From positions 17,219 to 81,218 of IMG/VR virus record IMGVR_UViG_3300042485_001041: a DNA stretch of 64,000 bases; one strand, given 5' to 3'. Under the pieces are notes generated by a model. That model worked only from the letters and a program-made list of their open reading frames with translations. It was not told where the DNA came from and did no database searches. The stretch comes from a virus. Position numbers and translations under genes: made by a program. Shown piece by piece: positions 60,720 through 64,000 of this stretch. Position 1 is the first letter of the stretch; each line of letters begins with the position of its first letter.

Positions 60720-63700
60720 TGGCAATTAGAATCCAAGTACGCCGTGGAACTTCTACTCAATGGAGCACTTCTGACCCAGTCTTAGCCGCTGGTGAGATTG
60801 GCTTTGAGACCAACACTGGCAAGTTTAAAGTCGGTATAGGTGGCACTACTGTGTGGGGCGATCTTCCATACTTCTTAGATGCTGACGATGTTGCTAGTGC
60901 TATCTCTTCCGCAGCGTTAGATACCACCGATGATCTTACAGAGGGTACAACTAACCTTTACCATTCTGTACAACACACTTACGAGGCACTAACAAGTGGA
61001 ACTCGTAGCAACATCACCTTTGCTCTTCAAGGTGGAGTAATTGATGTATCTGTTCCTACAGTTCAAGGTACTCAAGGAACCATTGGTGCACAGGGTGTAC
61101 AAGGGCCTCAAGGTGTACAGGGAGTCCAGGGCGTACAAGGTCTACAAGGCACACAAGGTACAGACGGTACCCAAGGCGCTACTGGAACTCAAGGTACACA
61201 AGGAACCCAAGGCACACAGGGTACCCAAGGTACTCAAGGTACTCAGGGTATTGAAGGAACTCAGGGCACCCAAGGAACTCAAGGAACTCAGGGCACCCAA
61301 GGAACTCAAGGTGTTCTAGGCGTACAAGGTGCGGCTGGTAACTTTGGTGGCGCTACTTTTGATTACACATTTAGCACAACGACAACTGAGGCTGACCCAG
61401 GCGCTGGAAATGTTCGCTTTAATGCATCTCCTACAACAGCAACTGCTATGTATATCGATGCAAGTGACGACGCTGCAACAGACCTCTCAACATTCTTAAA
61501 CACAATCGATGACTCGACATCAACTATCAGAGGTCACTTCCGTATCTCAAAGAAGTTTGATGACAGCATCTTTAAACTTTACACAATTGGTTCTCTTACA
61601 GATAACACAGGCTGGTTTACAGTTAACTGTTCTTATGTATCTGGTAACGGAACACTGTCTAACTCAGACGATGTACTTGTAACGTTTGCTCGCACTGGTG
61701 ATAAGGGTGATACTGGAACTCAAGGTACACAGGGTGTACAAGGAGTTCAAGGTACAGAAGGTGCTCAAGGAACACAGGGAACCCAAGGAGTTCAAGGTGT
61801 TCAGGGTGTTCAGGGTGTTCAAGGTGCACAAGGTTTACAAGGGCCTCAAGGCGTACAAGGAGTTCAGGGCGTTCAAGGCACACAGGGAACTGAAGGTACA
61901 CAAGGAGTTCAGGGTACTGAAGGAACTCAGGGAACTCAAGGAGCAGAAGGTGCTCAAGGAACTCAGGGTACTGTTGGTGCACAAGGTGTTTCAGGCCTAA
62001 CAGGATACACCGCGCCAACACTAGGTAGCACTTCTATTGCCTCTGGCTCTACAACTGCCTCAGTATCTGACCTAACTCTTATTAATGGTGATATTCAGAA
62101 TTATACTTTTGGACTTATTGCTGTAAGTAGTTGGGGAATTTCATATTCTGGTACTGCTTCTACAGAGAGCATGGACTGGACCATGCCACTTGAAGACGTT
62201 TCTCTTGCGTCAGTTGCTTTCGGTAACAATACATGGGTGGCTGTTCCTACCTCTGGAAACATTGCTCGGTACTCAACTGATGGTGTTACATGGAAAACAT
62301 CAACACTACCTGCCTCTAAATCATGGCAATCTATTGTTTTTACTGCCAACGCATTTGTTGCAATTGATAGCGCAGCGTCTGCTTACTCTGTTAGGTCATC
62401 TGATGGCATTACCTGGACTGTTAACGCAACTGTAACTGCAGGTGCAATAAATGGCACTGGTGGTGGATTAGTTTATGGCACAAATGGCGTTATAGCATTT
62501 AGAACCCCAGGAAATGGCTCCCGCTCAACTAACAACGGTATTACTTGGACTTCTACTACTATTCCTGCAACTGGTGGCCCAAACTATGTTTCAGCCGCTT
62601 ATGGTGCTGGTAAATATGTTGTTATTGCTGGCGGTACTTCCACAAACAAAACTGCTTATTCAAGCAATGGAACCTCATGGACAGCGGGTACTCTGCCGAC
62701 TTCTGCAAACTGGTCAGCCATTACTTTCGGCAATGGTAAGTTTGTTGCTGTAGCAAAAGATAGCAACATTGCGGCTTACTCAACAGACGGTATTAACTGG
62801 ACATCTTCAACAATTTCGCGTTCAAGTGATTGGGTTGAAATTACTTATGGCGATGGTAAGTACGTAGTAGTTGGAAGTACAAGTCAAAGAATTGCTACAT
62901 CTACAGATGGCATTTCATGGTCTGACGGATACTTTAATACTAGCGGCAATGTCTACGGTATAATTTATGGTCTTGGCACACCTGCTTCAGGTACTGCAGG
63001 ACAAGTTCTTTCATCTAGTGGCTCTGCTCTAACTTGGAAAAACACAAAACTTTACACAGAAGTCTTTACTGTTAACGAAAGTGCCGCTAGTTTTGATTAT
63101 TACAACAGTACAGAATGGGTTTGTCCAGCGGGAGTTACTCAAATACATGCTCACCTTATTGGTGGTGGCGGTTCCTCTGGTGCGGTTACTACGACAGTTT
63201 TCTCTGGTGGCGGCAGCGCAAGTAACACAAATGGACCTACTGACTCTGGTGGTTTTTCTAGCATTTACGACGTAAGTGCTGATGCCTACCTTGCTCAAGC
63301 AGCGGGTGGAACTGCAGGGTACTCTGCTGGAGTTTCTAGCGGCACCGAGCCAAGCGGCACTGGTGACTACAGTGTGTCTAGTTACAGTTCTTCTACTAAT
63401 CAGTATCTGAACACAAGCCTTACTTCACAAAACGATAGACCTTATGGTTCTGGCGGTTGCGATAATGTTGGAACCATAGGCATGTCTTGGACGATGACAG
63501 ACTCTACTGACGATTTTACTTTACCAGTTGCTAGATATGTAGCCAACACTGGTGGAGGAAACCCAGGAAAAGAATTATTCATTACCTTAGCCGTAGTTCC
63601 TGGACAATCTTACTACATGGCGGGCGGTTTCGGTGGTGGTCATGCTTACTGGAGTGGCGGCATGCCTGGTAGTGGAACTCTCATTAAAAATGCCGATTCT

Positions 63701-63754
63701 CCACAATATGGCACTATGGGTGCCGTCATAATTCGTTATGTAAAGAATGATTAA
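60719..63754 (+). CDS. Tail fibre/receptor-binding protein: Mtd-like N-terminus, collagen, beta-propeller, Gly-rich C-terminus
   Basis: IQVRRGT...W...PVLAAGEIGFETNTGKFKVG; S.DG..W and YGNG.FVAV repeats. Confidence 0.85.
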   Translation: MAIRIQVRRGTSTQWSTSDPVLAAGEIGFETNTGKFKVGIGGTTVWGDLPYFLDADDVASAISSAALDTTDDLTEGTTNLYHSVQHTYEALTSGTRSNITFALQGGVIDVSVPTVQGTQGTIGAQGVQGPQGVQGVQGVQGLQGTQGTDGTQGATGTQGTQGTQGTQGTQGTQGTQGIEGTQGTQGTQGTQGTQGTQGVLGVQGAAGNFGGATFDYTFSTTTTEADPGAGNVRFNASPTTATAMYIDASDDAATDLSTFLNTIDDSTSTIRGHFRISKKFDDSIFKLYTIGSLTDNTGWFTVNCSYVSGNGTLSNSDDVLVTFARTGDKGDTGTQGTQGVQGVQGTEGAQGTQGTQGVQGVQGVQGVQGAQGLQGPQGVQGVQGVQGTQGTEGTQGVQGTEGTQGTQGAEGAQGTQGTVGAQGVSGLTGYTAPTLGSTSIASGSTTASVSDLTLINGDIQNYTFGLIAVSSWGISYSGTASTESMDWTMPLEDVSLASVAFGNNTWVAVPTSGNIARYSTDGVTWKTSTLPASKSWQSIVFTANAFVAIDSAASAYSVRSSDGITWTVNATVTAGAINGTGGGLVYGTNGVIAFRTPGNGSRSTNNGITWTSTTIPATGGPNYVSAAYGAGKYVVIAGGTSTNKTAYSSNGTSWTAGTLPTSANWSAITFGNGKFVAVAKDSNIAAYSTDGINWTSSTISRSSDWVEITYGDGKYVVVGSTSQRIATSTDGISWSDGYFNTSGNVYGIIYGLGTPASGTAGQVLSSSGSALTWKNTKLYTEVFTVNESAASFDYYNSTEWVCPAGVTQIHAHLIGGGGSSGAVTTTVFSGGGSASNTNGPTDSGGFSSIYDVSADAYLAQAAGGTAGYSAGVSSGTEPSGTGDYSVSSYSSSTNQYLNTSLTSQNDRPYGSGGCDNVGTIGMSWTMTDSTDDFTLPVARYVANTGGGNPGKELFITLAVVPGQSYYMAGGFGGGHAYWSGGMPGSGTLIKNADSPQYGTMGAVIIRYVKND

Positions 63755-63763
63755 GGAGAGAAA

Positions 63764-64000
63764 ATGAATTACTCTTACGAGATAAATGAACATACTGCAG
63801 CAACAGTTATGTACGGCACTGAAACTCAAAAAGGCACCGTTACAAAACATAATGTGGGATGGACACTGGAAGAAGCAAAAGCCTGGGCGCTAGAGACTAT
63901 CCAGTTAATAAAAGACAATGATGGTGTTTACCCAACTACACCACCTACACCTACAGTTGTTACTCCTCCTGCTGTAGTTTACAGTGAAGAGAACTTGTAA
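63764..64000 (+). CDS. Small hypothetical protein after the fibre gene
   Basis: RBS AAGGAG. Confidence 0.6.
   Translation: MNYSYEINEHTAATVMYGTETQKGTVTKHNVGWTLEEAKAWALETIQLIKDNDGVYPTTPPTPTVVTPPAVVYSEENL

Noticed and set aside
56749-62021. Many overlapping alternative-frame ORFs (VLKVHKE.., STLSTF..)
   Set aside because: Artefacts of the 9-nt collagen periodicity.
60719-63754. Diversity-generating retroelement suggested by the Mtd-like N-terminus
   Set aside because: No reverse transcriptase and no TR/VR pair visible in the window; this N-terminal domain is widespread without DGRs.
1-64000. tRNA, rRNA, introns/inteins, alternative genetic code
   Set aside because: No cloverleaf/T-loop pattern recognised by eye; terminase, RNR and capsid ORFs are uninterrupted and of normal length under the standard code.

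Overview
The window is 64 kb of a large tailed phage genome. The host is very probably an actinobacterium, based on two WhiB genes, an MSMEG_6728-type glycosylase and leaderless-type promoters. Three blocks are visible. (1) 1-16.4 kb, + strand: recombination and nucleotide metabolism (RecA C-terminus, PD-(D/E)xK nucleases, RuvC, dNMP kinase, SpoVS, class II RNR) around a cluster of small basic ORFs. (2) 16.6-30 kb, - strand: an early-type operon with a tyrosine integrase, excisionase-like HTH, pyrimidine-dimer glycosylase, WhiB, HNH and a MoxR AAA+/vWA pair. By eye this block lacks several 4-bp palindromes, carries several structured intergenic RNA candidates, and is headed by a ~700-nt highly paired non-coding region. 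(3) 30.9-64 kb, + strand: an array of small enzyme-like ORFs, then lysis genes, terminase, portal, scaffold, major capsid and collagen-like fibres. The best candidate for an undescribed system is a set of about 16 small, otherwise unrelated proteins (ADP-ribosyltransferase-like, ParB/Srx-like, GNAT, disordered peptides) sharing an N-terminal (D)NLSxxQF leader, possibly a capsid-loading or injection tag. The large putative ncRNA and the restriction-site-free block are the next strongest. All family calls come from motif recognition by eye; no database searches were run.
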